This document shows positions 9,567 to 20,794 of a stretch of 64,000 nt of DNA, piece after piece. This DNA is from an uncultured Melioribacter sp. (GTDB lineage Bacteria > Bacteroidota > Ignavibacteria > Kapaibacteriales > Kapaibacteriaceae). Each line of letters opens with the position of its first letter. Position 1 is the stretch's first letter. The translations under genes and the position numbers were made by a program. The notes under the pieces are model-generated. The model searched no databases. It was not told where the DNA came from and was given only the letters and a program-made list of their open reading frames with translations. The stretch lies in the NCBI GenBank assembly GCA_964484755.1, contig CAZAGH010000003.1, positions 15,157 through 79,156 of the forward strand, given 5' to 3'.

Positions 9567-10556
9567 ATGGATTACAAACTCGCCGGAGTTGATATCAAAG
9601 CTGGGGAAGAGCTTGTTGATGATATCAAGCCCTTTGTCAAAGCCACTCGGACCCCCGGTGTACTCAGTGAGATCGGCCTTTTCGGAGGCTTCTTTGATGC
9701 ACGATTCCCGGATCATGAACATCCCGTTTTGGTCGCGAGCACTGATGGTGTTGGCACGAAGCTCAAAGTGGCTGTCATGGCTGGCGTTCACGATACTGTG
9801 GGCCAGTGTCTTGTTAACCACTGCGTGAACGACATCCTAGCCTGTGGCGCACGGCCGCTCTTCTTTCTGGATTACTTTGCCACTGGCCGTCTTGAGCGCG
9901 GTGTCGCTCGTGATGTGATCAAGGGTGTTGCCCAGGCATGCGCCGAGAATGGTGCTGCACTTCTTGGCGGTGAAACAGCCGAGATGCCCTCGATCTACGC
10001 CGACGGCGATTATGACATGGCAGGAACAATCGTCGGCGTTGTCGACAAGCCGCGTATTCTCAACGGGTCTCGTGTGGAGGTTGGTGATGTCCTCATCGGC
10101 CTTCCGTCGACAGGTCTGCATACCAATGGGTATTCCTTAGCTCGTGCTGCACTGTTTCCGACGTACTCAGTAGATCAATATGTTGATGAACTTGGTCAGA
10201 CGGTTGGGCAAGCATTGCTGGCTGTTCACAAGTCGTACCTCCATGCTCTAACACCAGTGCTCGATGCTGGACTTGCCACGGGGCTCTCCCATATCACGGG
10301 AGGTGGACTCGTTGGCAACACATCGCGTATTCTGCGGGAGGGTATGGGCCTCGAGATTGCATGGGGCTCGTGGGACGTTCCCCCAATCTTTAAACTGATT
10401 CAATCAGCTGGTTCGATCGCCGAAACTGAGATGCAACATGTGTTCAATCTTGGCGTTGGTATGGTCGTCGTGACACGACCTGATGATGCAGACTCAGTAA
10501 TGCGCCTGTTAGCTGATCATCATCCGTTCCGTGTTGGGGCCGTTGTTGCCTCCTAA
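9567..10556 (+). CDS. purM: Phosphoribosylformylglycinamidine cyclo-ligase (AIR synthetase)
   Basis: MDYKLAGVDIKAGEE.., DGVGTKL and GGETAEMP motifs. Start placed at the internal ATG at 9567. Confidence 0.95.
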   Translation: MDYKLAGVDIKAGEELVDDIKPFVKATRTPGVLSEIGLFGGFFDARFPDHEHPVLVASTDGVGTKLKVAVMAGVHDTVGQCLVNHCVNDILACGARPLFFLDYFATGRLERGVARDVIKGVAQACAENGAALLGGETAEMPSIYADGDYDMAGTIVGVVDKPRILNGSRVEVGDVLIGLPSTGLHTNGYSLARAALFPTYSVDQYVDELGQTVGQALLAVHKSYLHALTPVLDAGLATGLSHITGGGLVGNTSRILREGMGLEIAWGSWDVPPIFKLIQSAGSIAETEMQHVFNLGVGMVVVTRPDDADSVMRLLADHHPFRVGAVVAS

Positions 10557-10561
10557 CCGGT

Positions 10562-13225
10562 ATGCCAACTCCGCGATCATTGATGGAACAAGCCGAACGC
10601 ATCCTTCGTGATGTGTTCGGCTTTTCTTCATTTCGCGCAGGACAACAGGATATTGTGCAGGCTGTGCTCGGCGGACAAGACGTAGTCGGCGTGCTGCCGA
10701 CGGGTGGCGGCAAATCGCTCTGCTACCAGGTTCCGGCCCTTGTGTTCCCGAACCTGACGCTTGTTGTTTCGCCCCTTATTGCACTGATGCAAGACCAGAC
10801 AGAGCGTCTGCGACAGCGGGGCGTCGGCGCATATGCACTTCACAGCGGTTTAACGCAAGGTGAGGTGAACGATATTATCTATCGGGCATCAAGGGGCGAG
10901 ATTAAACTACTATATGTTGCTCCGGAGAGGCTCGAATCTCAAACGTTTCGACGGCAGCTTCAGTCGATTCCTATGAGCCTGCTTGCTGTTGATGAAGCGC
11001 ACTGCATCAGTGAATGGGGACACGACTTTCGTCCAAGCTATCGAAGCATTCTCGCTCTCTTTGAAACGAGGGAGCGCGTCCCGATTATCGCCGTTACAGC
11101 AACTGCTACTCCAGATGTGCGAACAGATATCGCGACCTCGCTCAAGCTGCGCAGGCCGATAGAGATCGTGCGTGGGTTTGCTCGACCAAATCTGAGCTTT
11201 GTTGTTGAGCAGACAGCCGCGAAGGTGGAATACGTCACGCGGGCTGCCCGTAAGCTGCAGAATGGTTCGATGATCGTGTACTGCGCCTCGCGCCGACGCG
11301 TCGAGACTATGGTCGATGAGCTCTGTAAGCGCGGAATCCATGCTGCAGGCTACCATGGTGGTATGCCGCATCATCAGCGCACAGCAACACAGGAAGCTTT
11401 CCTGCGCGACGCCCTGCAGGTGCTCGTGGCAACGAATGCTTTTGGAATGGGTGTAGACAAGCCAAATGTTCGGCATGTGGTCCACACTGATCTTACGCTT
11501 ACACTTGAGGCATATTATCAGGAGGCCGGAAGAGCTGGCCGAGATGGAGATCCATCGACATGCACGCTGCTCTATCAACCCGAAGATCAGCGTCTGATGA
11601 AGTTCTATATCGAAACAACATACCCAGACAAACACGAGATAGCTGCTGTCTACGACTACTTGTGCACAAGAGCCGGTCTATCCATGGGACAACGTTCACA
11701 AACGCCGATTATGGCGGACAATGCAAGCATTGCATCTGCGTTGCATACCACTGAGGCAAGTGTGCGTGGCATCACGTCGCTTCTCGAACGAAACGGGTTG
11801 ATTGTTCTCACATCGCCTCATGGAAGTGCTCGCATTACGCTACGAACAACTATCGAACGCTTCACGCAATTCACGAATCAGGCTCCGCCAGAGTATCGGG
11901 CTGCATGCCAATTGCTATCACGGTACATTGGCACGCGGGGGATTGGTGAGGAGATTGATCTGCCGGTAGTGGAGATCCTTCGCAGATCGGATGTGACCTC
12001 AAGCGAATTGTCTCGTGCTCTTGGCGCGATGCAGCTTGCCGCACTGATACGCTATCAGGCACCCAACTCGGGAGGGGGCATACTGATCCTGAATGAACGG
12101 GTCACTGGAACTGCGTTGCCCCTTGACCATGCAGCGCTGCAGCAGCGCCGAGACAGAGCGCTCCAGAAGCTCAATGTCATGGTTGGCTATGCAGAGTCGC
12201 GTCAGTGCAAGCGCAATGTTATTCTCGCATATTTCGGCGACAGCAGCCACGAAGGTACCTGCGGCACATGCTCAAGTTGCACGGTGGCCACCCAGCGGCG
12301 CGCGCCTATCTCAGATCGCATGCTTCAGAATATCAATGCACTGATTACTGCTACGTGGCAGGTGCGAGGCAAGTTTGGTCGGCATGTGATCGTAGACATT
12401 GTCCGAGGCATTGCATCGGTCAAGGTCCAAGAGTACCGTCTCGACCGAAGTATCGCATACGGGTCTTTGCGTGAAAGATCCAAACCTGAGCTACTCGAGG
12501 CCATCGATGTTGCGCTCGATGCTGGTCTGCTGGTCAAAAGTGCAGATCTCTACCCTACTATCGGTGTCACCGAAAAGGGCGTTGACCATGCAGGCCCCTT
12601 ACCAAAGCCGCTGTTAATGCAGCGGTCGAACAACTTTCAGCAAGAACGTAACCAAGGTATCTATGATCGTGTCCTTGGCCGGCTGTTTGCCATGCGCGAG
12701 CGTATTGCGGCTCTTCAGGGTGTTTCGGAGCAATCACTCTGTACAAATGCCGAGCTGGCAGCACTAGCCGAGGATCGTCCGACGTCGCTTACGCAGTTCG
12801 TACCTGGTCGTCATGGCAGTGCAATGTTCCTGACACAATATGCCGGTGAGATATTCGGTTGCATGCAGGATGAAGACCAGCGAGATACGTCCGCAACAGG
12901 TCCCGTGGACGTCGACGTTGAGCGCATGCTTAGGGTCGTCAGTGACAGAACCACGTTTGAGGGGCTTGCGCAGGAAATGAAGATGACCAAACCAGCACTA
13001 GCCGCATTACTGCAGAGAGCCATAGAGTCGGGTCAGCCGCTCGAACGTGGCTGCTTGATCGATGAGCCGCTCTTTGCGCGTGTCATCGATTACATGCGTT
13101 ATCATCGCTATGCCAAGCTGCGTGATGTCCGTGAGCATCTTGGTGGCGAACCATCGCTGCCAGAGTTGCGAGTTGCATTAGCATTTGCCAGACGTGCTCT
13201 CTATTCCGAGATTGAGACAACATGA
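10562..13225 (+). CDS. recQ: RecQ-family ATP-dependent DNA helicase with a long C-terminal extension
   Basis: FGFSSFRAGQQDIV, PTGGGKSLCYQ, DEAHCISEWGHDFRP, a zinc-binding CxxC region and an HRDC-like segment. Length is 887 aa. Confidence 0.9.
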   Translation: MPTPRSLMEQAERILRDVFGFSSFRAGQQDIVQAVLGGQDVVGVLPTGGGKSLCYQVPALVFPNLTLVVSPLIALMQDQTERLRQRGVGAYALHSGLTQGEVNDIIYRASRGEIKLLYVAPERLESQTFRRQLQSIPMSLLAVDEAHCISEWGHDFRPSYRSILALFETRERVPIIAVTATATPDVRTDIATSLKLRRPIEIVRGFARPNLSFVVEQTAAKVEYVTRAARKLQNGSMIVYCASRRRVETMVDELCKRGIHAAGYHGGMPHHQRTATQEAFLRDALQVLVATNAFGMGVDKPNVRHVVHTDLTLTLEAYYQEAGRAGRDGDPSTCTLLYQPEDQRLMKFYIETTYPDKHEIAAVYDYLCTRAGLSMGQRSQTPIMADNASIASALHTTEASVRGITSLLERNGLIVLTSPHGSARITLRTTIERFTQFTNQAPPEYRAACQLLSRYIGTRGIGEEIDLPVVEILRRSDVTSSELSRALGAMQLAALIRYQAPNSGGGILILNERVTGTALPLDHAALQQRRDRALQKLNVMVGYAESRQCKRNVILAYFGDSSHEGTCGTCSSCTVATQRRAPISDRMLQNINALITATWQVRGKFGRHVIVDIVRGIASVKVQEYRLDRSIAYGSLRERSKPELLEAIDVALDAGLLVKSADLYPTIGVTEKGVDHAGPLPKPLLMQRSNNFQQERNQGIYDRVLGRLFAMRERIAALQGVSEQSLCTNAELAALAEDRPTSLTQFVPGRHGSAMFLTQYAGEIFGCMQDEDQRDTSATGPVDVDVERMLRVVSDRTTFEGLAQEMKMTKPALAALLQRAIESGQPLERGCLIDEPLFARVIDYMRYHRYAKLRDVREHLGGEPSLPELRVALAFARRALYSEIETT

Positions 13226-16200
13226 TCGTTCGATTGACCATGGCTGTTGCATGCATTGTGTTGTTGGGCAGCGCGCAAAGCGCCTCGGCTCAGGACATTC
13301 TGGTGCTCACGTCTACGGATCAGCTGCCTGCAGAACTTCGTTCGATGCAACCAACGCGGGTTATTCCAAACGGACTTCTTGAAAAGGGGCGCGAAACGCA
13401 GCAAGTCGGGAAGGTCAGTGCAGCGCTGTTACGGCGACTGCATCGGTATGTTCGGATCTCACGATCCAACATGACAGCTACGATCGACTCGATTCGATCG
13501 ATCCCTGGTGTGATCGCCGCATGGAATGTTCAACGCGCACAATTGCACATCCGACCATCCGAAGAGACTCCGATCAGCGATGATTCACTTTCATCGAGCC
13601 AATACGCACTCGAGCTAGTAGGAGCCCGACAAGCATGGCAGGTTGCAAGTGGAACAGGTATTACGATCGGCATCATCGATACTGGAATCGATTGGGATCA
13701 TGAAGATCTGCGAGATGCTCTCGCGATATCTCCCAAGGAAGATCTCAATGCCAACGGCCGGTTCGATGCATGGCCTTATGATCAGGAACGCGCCGGCATT
13801 TGGGGCGATCTCAACGGTATTGATGACGACGACAATGGCATGGTGGACGATGTAATTGGTGCCGACTTTGTGGACCAGGAGTTTCGCAACCTTGGTGATG
13901 ACCGCTGGTATGATCCTGTACCATTTGATGAACATGGTCACGGTACACTTGTTGCCGGTGTTGTCGCTGCAACGAAGGACAATAAGAAAGGCATCGCAGG
14001 GCTTGCACACGGCGCTCGTCTGCGTGCGATACGAGCATTTGATGCGACAGGTTCTGCAGAGGAAGATGACATAGCTGCAGGACTCTTGTATGCAGCATCG
14101 AATGGCGTGCAGATCGTGAACATGAGCTTTGGTGACGGAGTTAATTCACCGCTGATGCAGGATGCCATTGAATATGCCCGTACACAAGGCTGCATACTGG
14201 TGGCCTCTGCCGGTAACAGTGGGCTTGTATCAACGCAATATCCTGCCAGTTATACCGGTGTTATCGTTGTTGCGGCAACAACGAGTAAGGACTTACGAGC
14301 CCCGTTCTCATCAACAGGACCAGTTGTTTCGCTCAGTGCGCCAGGGCAGGCAATCATTACGACCAGTGTTAACTCGCGGTATCGAACCGTGAGCGGTACA
14401 TCGTTCTCTGCGCCCTACGTTGCGGCTACGGCAGCACTTCTGCTGGAGAGGTTCCCAGATCTTGGAGCCGAGGAGATTCGTGGCACGCTCATGGCAAGCT
14501 CAAAGGATCTTGGTGAGATCGGTTGGGATCCTCTGTATGGGGCTGGCAGACTCCGTGCAGATGCTGCACTTGCCGTGCTAGGCACGAGCCGACTTGCAAT
14601 CACACATCCATTCAACGAGCAGGAGTTCTTCGAGGACACCCAAGAATTGGTTGTACTTCGGGGCTCAAACCATATCATCAACTTCGAACGATGCGAAGTA
14701 GCTGTTGGACAGGGTGTTGATCCGCGGCAATGGACCGTGGCTTTCACTCGGTCGGTTTCTGTCATCGATGACACAATTGGCGGGCTCAGCATCGATACAC
14801 TTTCTCTCGGCCTGCATACGATACGCATGCGGGTCTATTGTACAGACGGGCGTCATCATGATGCGCACGTGCGCATTCGAGTCACAAGGCAGACAGATAA
14901 TCGACGAGCATATGAGCATGTAACGGCATGGATGCGAGACCGAAAGACCGATGTTGTGACCCTCTCAACGTTTGTTCCAACGAACGTCGCGATCACTGAT
15001 GGCAGTGCGCCATTTGCCGATATCGCATCAACTCCAAAGAAGTATGCAACGTTGCATAGTATCGTTCTTCCCGATACATGGGGAACAACAACATCCGACC
15101 GATTGATACAGATAACAACAACGCCCATGGTTGGAGAGTCATTCACTACCGGTCATTCGTTGGTTAAGCCCCCTCATCAAGCCATTCCAACAACGGGATG
15201 GGATACAGTCCTGACTGCACCTTGGGCCGGCTACGTTCTCAATGACGTGCGCGACCTTTACCGCGACGGTGGTAAATGCGTTGTCATGAACGATCTCTCA
15301 GATGGTGCGTTTGGACGCACTGTCGTAACGCAATACAAAGATGGCCGCTGGATACTCCGAGATTCGCTCAGCGATACCTACATCCCGAGGGCTATTTGTG
15401 ACGCTAATGGTAACGGACGTTATGAAGTTCTGTGTCATGTTGTTGGTAAGACGGTGCTCTTTGAACAGCAAACATCAACCTCCTCGCTCTTTGGTTCTGT
15501 CCTCTTTGCAGACACAACAAACGTTCTGAACGCTGCTGGCGCAGCAGACATCGACGGCGATGGCAGGGAAGAGATCCTTGCGCTTGCTGATAACGCATGT
15601 TATGTCTACACCTGCAAGGACGATAGGTTCTCGCTCTTGGGTATTGCCAAGAATACGAGTGAGCCCCCTTCGTCAAATGCAACAAATCGTGTTGATGAGA
15701 TAAGCATCGCATCGGGTGATTTCGATGGTGATGGTAAGATGGAGATCGCATTTTCTGACACAGACGGGGATCTTGTCGTTCACGAATGGAATGGTGCCTC
15801 GTTCGAGGAGGAGATTGTCTTTGAGAACCCAGGTGCAGGGGGCTCAGGTTTCGTTGCTGCTGGAGATGTCACTGCCGATGGACTCCCCGATATCCTGCAT
15901 GGCATACCAGATAGCGTGGATGCGAATCCAGAAGGCGAGTATGGGCGTCAGGTATGGACCTACAATCTCTACACGGCAGACCAGTCAACTGGCCACTTCA
16001 AAGTATGGACTGATCGAGTTGCTGGTGTTCGACTCGGTATCGGTTATCGAAACGGAGTTGCTATTGCCGACATCGATTCAATGCCGGGTGCGGAAATCAT
16101 TATCAGTGCATTCCCGCGACTCTTTGTGTTTGGCCGCGACACTGTGCAGCGTGAGATTGTTCCAAAGGCCTTTTTCGATGACGTAGCAACGCCGCGCGTT

Positions 16201-17526
16201 CTTACCTACGATGTCGATAACGATGGACGGATTGACTTGGGCTTTGGATCAACGATTCCTGAAATCGGTGCCATGACAAGTTTCACGTTTGTTCGGCAGA
16301 CAGAACGTATGCAGTTCCCCGCACCAAGCGCCCTGCGTGGTATCCATGAACCAACCGACAGTACGCTTGGTAGCATTCGGCTGTCGTGGTTCCCTGTTGA
16401 TGGAGCTGCCTCGTATCAGGTAACTCGACGAGTTGGACGAGTTGATTCCTTGATTGCAGAGACTACGTCGACAAGCCACGTCTACACAATGCGGGGCATA
16501 GCCGATTCAGTCATCTCGTTTGTCGTGCGTGCTGTTCCAGGTGGTAATTCTGTCCTTGCAGGCAGAGAATCAAACCGGGTTGTCATCGACGCACGCCCTG
16601 TTATCCTCGGAGTAGGGCTCGATCGCACCACGATCACGAGGCGAGAACTTCGTGATGGGTTGACCTTGAGCTTTGCCATTGGCGCAGGTGGAGTGTTCCC
16701 ACGTGGACTCTCATTGCCGGCCCAGCAAATTCTATCTGTCCGAAGCAACGACGTGATCACGACAGCCCGTTATGGCCGGCCGCGTGGTGACATAGCACTC
16801 GATCTTGTCTTTCCCGGTGTTGAATACACAGAAGATTCTCTTCGCGTGACTGTAAAGATTCCGGTCAGCCGGGATCTGTATGTGGCCAGGACGTTTACTC
16901 TGCGAGTTATTGATACTCCAGAGCCTGAGCGTTCACGCAAGCTGATAACTCTATCAGGCGTTACCGTGCGGTCACCTCTTGAGCTCAGCCTTCGGTTTTC
17001 TCATCCAGTGGATGCCAGCGCACTCAAAGCATCAGCATATCAGCTTCGTCCAGCAGGAGTAGTGAGTAGCGTGGTACGTATCGACGATTCGACCGTCTTA
17101 CTGGCACTCGATGAAGGAGCGCCGTTGAAGGCGATCGGCATCACGTATGCCATCACGGCAAGAGATGTCACGTTTGACACAACGCATGCAATTGCCCAAG
17201 GGGCTGGCAGCACGCTCACCTTCAGCGTGTTTGGAAGAGGAGAGCAAGACGTCTATGCCTACCCTCAGCCACTAAAACTGCAGACACACCAAGAGCTCGT
17301 GTTTGCCGGACTACCGGCGATCTCGGATGTTGAAATCTTCGATGTCAACCTCAAACCAGTTGCGTTTCTGCGCAGTGTAGACGGTAACGGTGGTCTGCGA
17401 TGGAATCTTCGTACATCGTCGTCACGTGAAATTGAACCTGGCGTCTATTACTACATTGTCACGAGCCGAGATCCTGACGGAAGTTCCGATGTATGGCCGA
17501 TGAAGAAGTTGCTTATCCAGCGATGA
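13222..17526 (+). CDS. Secreted subtilisin-family (S8) peptidase with FG-GAP/VCBS-like repeats and a T9SS-like C-terminal domain
   Basis: Signal peptide; D/H/S triad motifs (IIDTGID, HGHGTLVAG, SGTSFSAPYVA); repeats of the type DIDGDGREEIL and GDFDGDGKMEIAF; a beta-rich tail (VYAYPQP..VEIFDVNLKPV..GVYYYIV). ATGA overlap with the recQ stop. Confidence 0.85.
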   Translation: MIVRLTMAVACIVLLGSAQSASAQDILVLTSTDQLPAELRSMQPTRVIPNGLLEKGRETQQVGKVSAALLRRLHRYVRISRSNMTATIDSIRSIPGVIAAWNVQRAQLHIRPSEETPISDDSLSSSQYALELVGARQAWQVASGTGITIGIIDTGIDWDHEDLRDALAISPKEDLNANGRFDAWPYDQERAGIWGDLNGIDDDDNGMVDDVIGADFVDQEFRNLGDDRWYDPVPFDEHGHGTLVAGVVAATKDNKKGIAGLAHGARLRAIRAFDATGSAEEDDIAAGLLYAASNGVQIVNMSFGDGVNSPLMQDAIEYARTQGCILVASAGNSGLVSTQYPASYTGVIVVAATTSKDLRAPFSSTGPVVSLSAPGQAIITTSVNSRYRTVSGTSFSAPYVAATAALLLERFPDLGAEEIRGTLMASSKDLGEIGWDPLYGAGRLRADAALAVLGTSRLAITHPFNEQEFFEDTQELVVLRGSNHIINFERCEVAVGQGVDPRQWTVAFTRSVSVIDDTIGGLSIDTLSLGLHTIRMRVYCTDGRHHDAHVRIRVTRQTDNRRAYEHVTAWMRDRKTDVVTLSTFVPTNVAITDGSAPFADIASTPKKYATLHSIVLPDTWGTTTSDRLIQITTTPMVGESFTTGHSLVKPPHQAIPTTGWDTVLTAPWAGYVLNDVRDLYRDGGKCVVMNDLSDGAFGRTVVTQYKDGRWILRDSLSDTYIPRAICDANGNGRYEVLCHVVGKTVLFEQQTSTSSLFGSVLFADTTNVLNAAGAADIDGDGREEILALADNACYVYTCKDDRFSLLGIAKNTSEPPSSNATNRVDEISIASGDFDGDGKMEIAFSDTDGDLVVHEWNGASFEEEIVFENPGAGGSGFVAAGDVTADGLPDILHGIPDSVDANPEGEYGRQVWTYNLYTADQSTGHFKVWTDRVAGVRLGIGYRNGVAIADIDSMPGAEIIISAFPRLFVFGRDTVQREIVPKAFFDDVATPRVLTYDVDNDGRIDLGFGSTIPEIGAMTSFTFVRQTERMQFPAPSALRGIHEPTDSTLGSIRLSWFPVDGAASYQVTRRVGRVDSLIAETTSTSHVYTMRGIADSVISFVVRAVPGGNSVLAGRESNRVVIDARPVILGVGLDRTTITRRELRDGLTLSFAIGAGGVFPRGLSLPAQQILSVRSNDVITTARYGRPRGDIALDLVFPGVEYTEDSLRVTVKIPVSRDLYVARTFTLRVIDTPEPERSRKLITLSGVTVRSPLELSLRFSHPVDASALKASAYQLRPAGVVSSVVRIDDSTVLLALDEGAPLKAIGITYAITARDVTFDTTHAIAQGAGSTLTFSVFGRGEQDVYAYPQPLKLQTHQELVFAGLPAISDVEIFDVNLKPVAFLRSVDGNGGLRWNLRTSSSREIEPGVYYYIVTSRDPDGSSDVWPMKKLLIQR

Positions 17527-18943
17527 GCAGGCGCCGCAAGCCCCCTACATCACCATTGCTCAAGATGGCCAGTACATCACCTGGTTGGACTCTTGAGATC
17601 AGGTGCTCAATCACTATCCGACCCCATTCTTTGTCGGATGCAAGGTCTGCGTCCAAGGAAATCGCATCGATGCCCTGGAGCTTGATCTCATGCATGAGGC
17701 GGTCTGTGTCTAGCCGTTCCTCAGGTGCATAGCGTTCCGGTCTGTTGACCGGTCCAAGACATACTGTTGTTGCTCCAGCAAAACATGATGCCAGTTCATG
17801 CTGAAAAAAGTTTCTTGTCGTCGTATTTGAGCGTGGTTCGAAGACAACGTGCAGACGCGCGCTCGGGTACTTCTGACGTAAAGCACGGAGTGTTAACTCG
17901 ATTGCGGTTGGGTGATGAGCAAAGTCGTCGATAACCGTTGCACCATTCCACGAGCCGAGCTCCTCGAGACGTCGCTTGGGTGGAGCAAACAGCGCCATGC
18001 CTTGCTGCTGCTCCTCGCTTGTTAGTCCGGCATGATAAGTTGCTGCTATGGCCATAGTGGCATTACGAACATTGTGTATGCCGGGCATTGGCAGCGAGAA
18101 CGTTCCATAGATGGATCCAGCGTGGTTGACGTTCCACACTGTTGTGCCGCCGAGCTCTTGCACGTTGTCGATGTGCCAGGTGGCTTCTAGAGAAAGGCCG
18201 ACTGTCTCAACTGCGCAGTGTGCGTTCTCTACCGTTGCGCATGCGTTGGCATCATCGGCATTAACTAACGCAACACCACTCTGGGGGATTATGCGGATCA
18301 TCTGTTTGAATGAGGCGATAATGGCATCGACAGATGAAAATATATCGGCGTGATCAAACTCGAGGTTGTTCACAATTGCGATGGTCGGTCGATAGTGGAC
18401 GAACTTGCTTCGTTTATCGAAAAATGCAGTATCATACTCGTCTCCCTCGGACACGAAGACACCTGCATGTGTGTTATGCAGCTCTGCTCCAATTGGTCGA
18501 CAACCATACTCGAAGTTCTGAGGTACACCACCGATCAGATATCCTGGCTGAAATCCTGCGTGTTCGAGAAGCCAGGCAGTTATACTCGAGGTTGTAGTCT
18601 TACCGTGTGTGCCTGCACATACGATCGACGTGTTGCGATCAATGAACAACCGACCAACCAGTTCGGCCATGGATGAGTACGGCCAGCGGTTATCGAGAAC
18701 GAACTCCAATTCTTCATTGCCTCTGCTGATCGCATTGCCGATAACTGTTAGATCCGGGCACAGCCCTTGCAAGCGATTGGCATCGTAACCTTCATACCGT
18801 TCGATGCCCGCATTAGCGAGTACACTGCGCATTGGCTCATACACGGGGCCGTCGCTACCGGTAACGGTATGTCCTTGCAGTCTACATGCCACTGCGACAG
18901 AACCCATGGCGGTTCCTCCGATGCCAACGAAATGAATATGCAT
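17513..18943 (-). CDS. mpl: UDP-N-acetylmuramate:L-alanyl-gamma-D-glutamyl-meso-diaminopimelate ligase
   Basis: MHIHFVGIGGTAMGSVA..TGSD..VYEPM and the Mur-ligase P-loop GTHGKTTT. Length is 476 aa. Confidence 0.85.
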   Translation of the reverse strand: MHIHFVGIGGTAMGSVAVACRLQGHTVTGSDGPVYEPMRSVLANAGIERYEGYDANRLQGLCPDLTVIGNAISRGNEELEFVLDNRWPYSSMAELVGRLFIDRNTSIVCAGTHGKTTTSSITAWLLEHAGFQPGYLIGGVPQNFEYGCRPIGAELHNTHAGVFVSEGDEYDTAFFDKRSKFVHYRPTIAIVNNLEFDHADIFSSVDAIIASFKQMIRIIPQSGVALVNADDANACATVENAHCAVETVGLSLEATWHIDNVQELGGTTVWNVNHAGSIYGTFSLPMPGIHNVRNATMAIAATYHAGLTSEEQQQGMALFAPPKRRLEELGSWNGATVIDDFAHHPTAIELTLRALRQKYPSARLHVVFEPRSNTTTRNFFQHELASCFAGATTVCLGPVNRPERYAPEERLDTDRLMHEIKLQGIDAISLDADLASDKEWGRIVIEHLISRVQPGDVLAILSNGDVGGLRRLLIAG

Positions 18944-19006
18944 GCCTTTAGTGCCTTGCGCGAAATGTGGTATCTTGTGTTGTCACAAAGATAGAACGGG
19001 ACGAAC

Positions 19007-20356
19007 ATGCGCTTCATAGTACTCCTCTGCACTGCTCTGCTGATCCTATCACCAATTCCAGGTGTTGGGCAGTACTGGCAAGTGACTACTGGGCCTGCGG
19101 CTTCTGCGGTCTGCCTTGCAACAAACAGCAAGGGTCATGTGTTTGCCGGGACAGATTACAGCAAAGTCTACCGCACGACCGACAAGGGGGAGACATGGGA
19201 TTTTTCCGACCGCGGAATTGATGATGGCATCAACTTTGTGACGATCAGCGGCATCAAGGTAGGAGCTAATGACGTTTTGTATGCATCGGTCAATGGCGTT
19301 GGTGTTGTGCGTTCAACAGACGACGGTCAGACATGGCAGAAACTGAATCTTGGATTTCAGGTTTCACCGTCCAGCCGAATCTATGTGGATACGAAGATCC
19401 AACCCGGTGGTGTTACAAGTTTATTTGTTGGCTATGACAACGGCCCTGCTGATCTTCGAATGTGCTTGTCGGCTGACAATGGCGAGACGTTTGTGAACAT
19501 CCCACGGTCAAATATTCCTGGTGCGACCTCGGCTTTGTTTGAAGTGTTTCAGTCGCCGAATTCAGATAAGCTCTTTGTTCTCGTTGCCTACAACAAGGGC
19601 TTGTATCGCTCGACAAACAAGGGGGCTTCATGGACACGTATCGACTCGGATCCGCAGTCTGGTGAGAGCGATGATAACTTCCGCATCATGACGCATGATG
19701 AAAAGGGGCACCTCTATATCGGACGAAACGCGCTGCCGGGTTCGACTCGCAGTAAGAACGCGGTCGTCATGAAATCAGTAAACGACGGCGATTCGTGGAC
19801 CTATTTGACCAACGGCTGGGATAACGCCGATATTACCAATAACAGAGTTTCTGGTATTGCGATTGGCAAGAACGGTGAGATGTGGGCAACAACGGAAAAA
19901 ATTTCTGGTCCATTCCACAGCACGAATTATGGTGCTTCATGGACGCTTGTCCGTGGAGGGCTTGAATCAATTGATGGTTCTGCAAATGGTGTCGTTGTAA
20001 CCAAAGACAACCACGTCTTTGTTGCCCCAAAGGGTACCTTTGTTCATCGTCATCTCGATCCTGCATCGAGTGTTGATGAGTTGACCTATGAAAGCAATGC
20101 AATCGGGATACACCCGAATCCGGTACGCGATCAGATCTCAGTTGATTTGCGTTCGGTTGCAGGTGGTGCTGATGTTGTTATACGTGTCTACTCACTGCTG
20201 GGAGACGAGGCACTTCCGAGTCTTGCATTACCAGGATATGTGGCACCTGGGACATCAGTTCATTTGAACACAACGCCTCTTGCCCCTGGTACATACACTC
20301 TCGTTGCAAACATTGGAGCTGCAACGGTAACGAAGACCTTCGTTAAAACGAATTGA
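19007..20356 (+). CDS. Secreted BNR/Asp-box beta-propeller protein with a T9SS type-A C-terminal domain
   Basis: Signal peptide; repeated SxDxGxTW-type boxes (TTDKGETW, STDDGQTW, STNKGASW, SVNDGDSW, STNYGASW); tail IHPNPVRDQISV..VYSLLGD..GTYTLV. Confidence 0.8.
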   Translation: MRFIVLLCTALLILSPIPGVGQYWQVTTGPAASAVCLATNSKGHVFAGTDYSKVYRTTDKGETWDFSDRGIDDGINFVTISGIKVGANDVLYASVNGVGVVRSTDDGQTWQKLNLGFQVSPSSRIYVDTKIQPGGVTSLFVGYDNGPADLRMCLSADNGETFVNIPRSNIPGATSALFEVFQSPNSDKLFVLVAYNKGLYRSTNKGASWTRIDSDPQSGESDDNFRIMTHDEKGHLYIGRNALPGSTRSKNAVVMKSVNDGDSWTYLTNGWDNADITNNRVSGIAIGKNGEMWATTEKISGPFHSTNYGASWTLVRGGLESIDGSANGVVVTKDNHVFVAPKGTFVHRHLDPASSVDELTYESNAIGIHPNPVRDQISVDLRSVAGGADVVIRVYSLLGDEALPSLALPGYVAPGTSVHLNTTPLAPGTYTLVANIGAATVTKTFVKTN

Positions 20357-20359
20357 GCT

Positions 20360-20794
20360 TTATTTCCTCTGAGGATCGGTAACCTTTGTTACCCACCAGA
20401 GGCCATCACGTCGTACGGTGCTGAAGTTCATCTTGCGGATGTAATCCAGCGTGATGAAAACCTCATGTGTCTCTGGTCCTAACGTGTCAATGCGTGTGTC
20501 AGAGATTGGTTGGCCCGACATCACGGTCTTCCAACGTTGTAGGTCGTCGGCCAGTTCGTATTTCTCGACAGCAAGTAACGGACGCCCGCTCGCAGATACC
20601 ATAAGTTCTGTTGCAGCGGTTGTGTTTCCTGAATCGAGCTCTGCTTTGAAGAGATGAACAACACCGGCGGCTGTGCGCTGACTCCGTTCAATGATCATCC
20701 GCGGCCGAGCAGGTGTCCCGACTACAAAGAGTTCGCACCCAACACATGTCAAGGCTAGCGCAAACAGGCAGAGCGAGGCTCGCAGTCTCATCAT
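20360..20794 (-). CDS. Small hypothetical secreted protein or lipoprotein
   Basis: Signal-like N-terminus MMRLRASLCLFALALTCVGC. The start ATGATGA overlaps the upstream stop. Confidence 0.5.
   Translation of the reverse strand: MMRLRASLCLFALALTCVGCELFVVGTPARPRMIIERSQRTAAGVVHLFKAELDSGNTTAATELMVSASGRPLLAVEKYELADDLQRWKTVMSGQPISDTRIDTLGPETHEVFITLDYIRKMNFSTVRRDGLWWVTKVTDPQRK

Noticed and set aside
10910-11635. A 241-aa minus-strand ORF inside recQ
   Set aside because: It is antisense to the conserved helicase core and has no motifs, so it is a typical shadow ORF.
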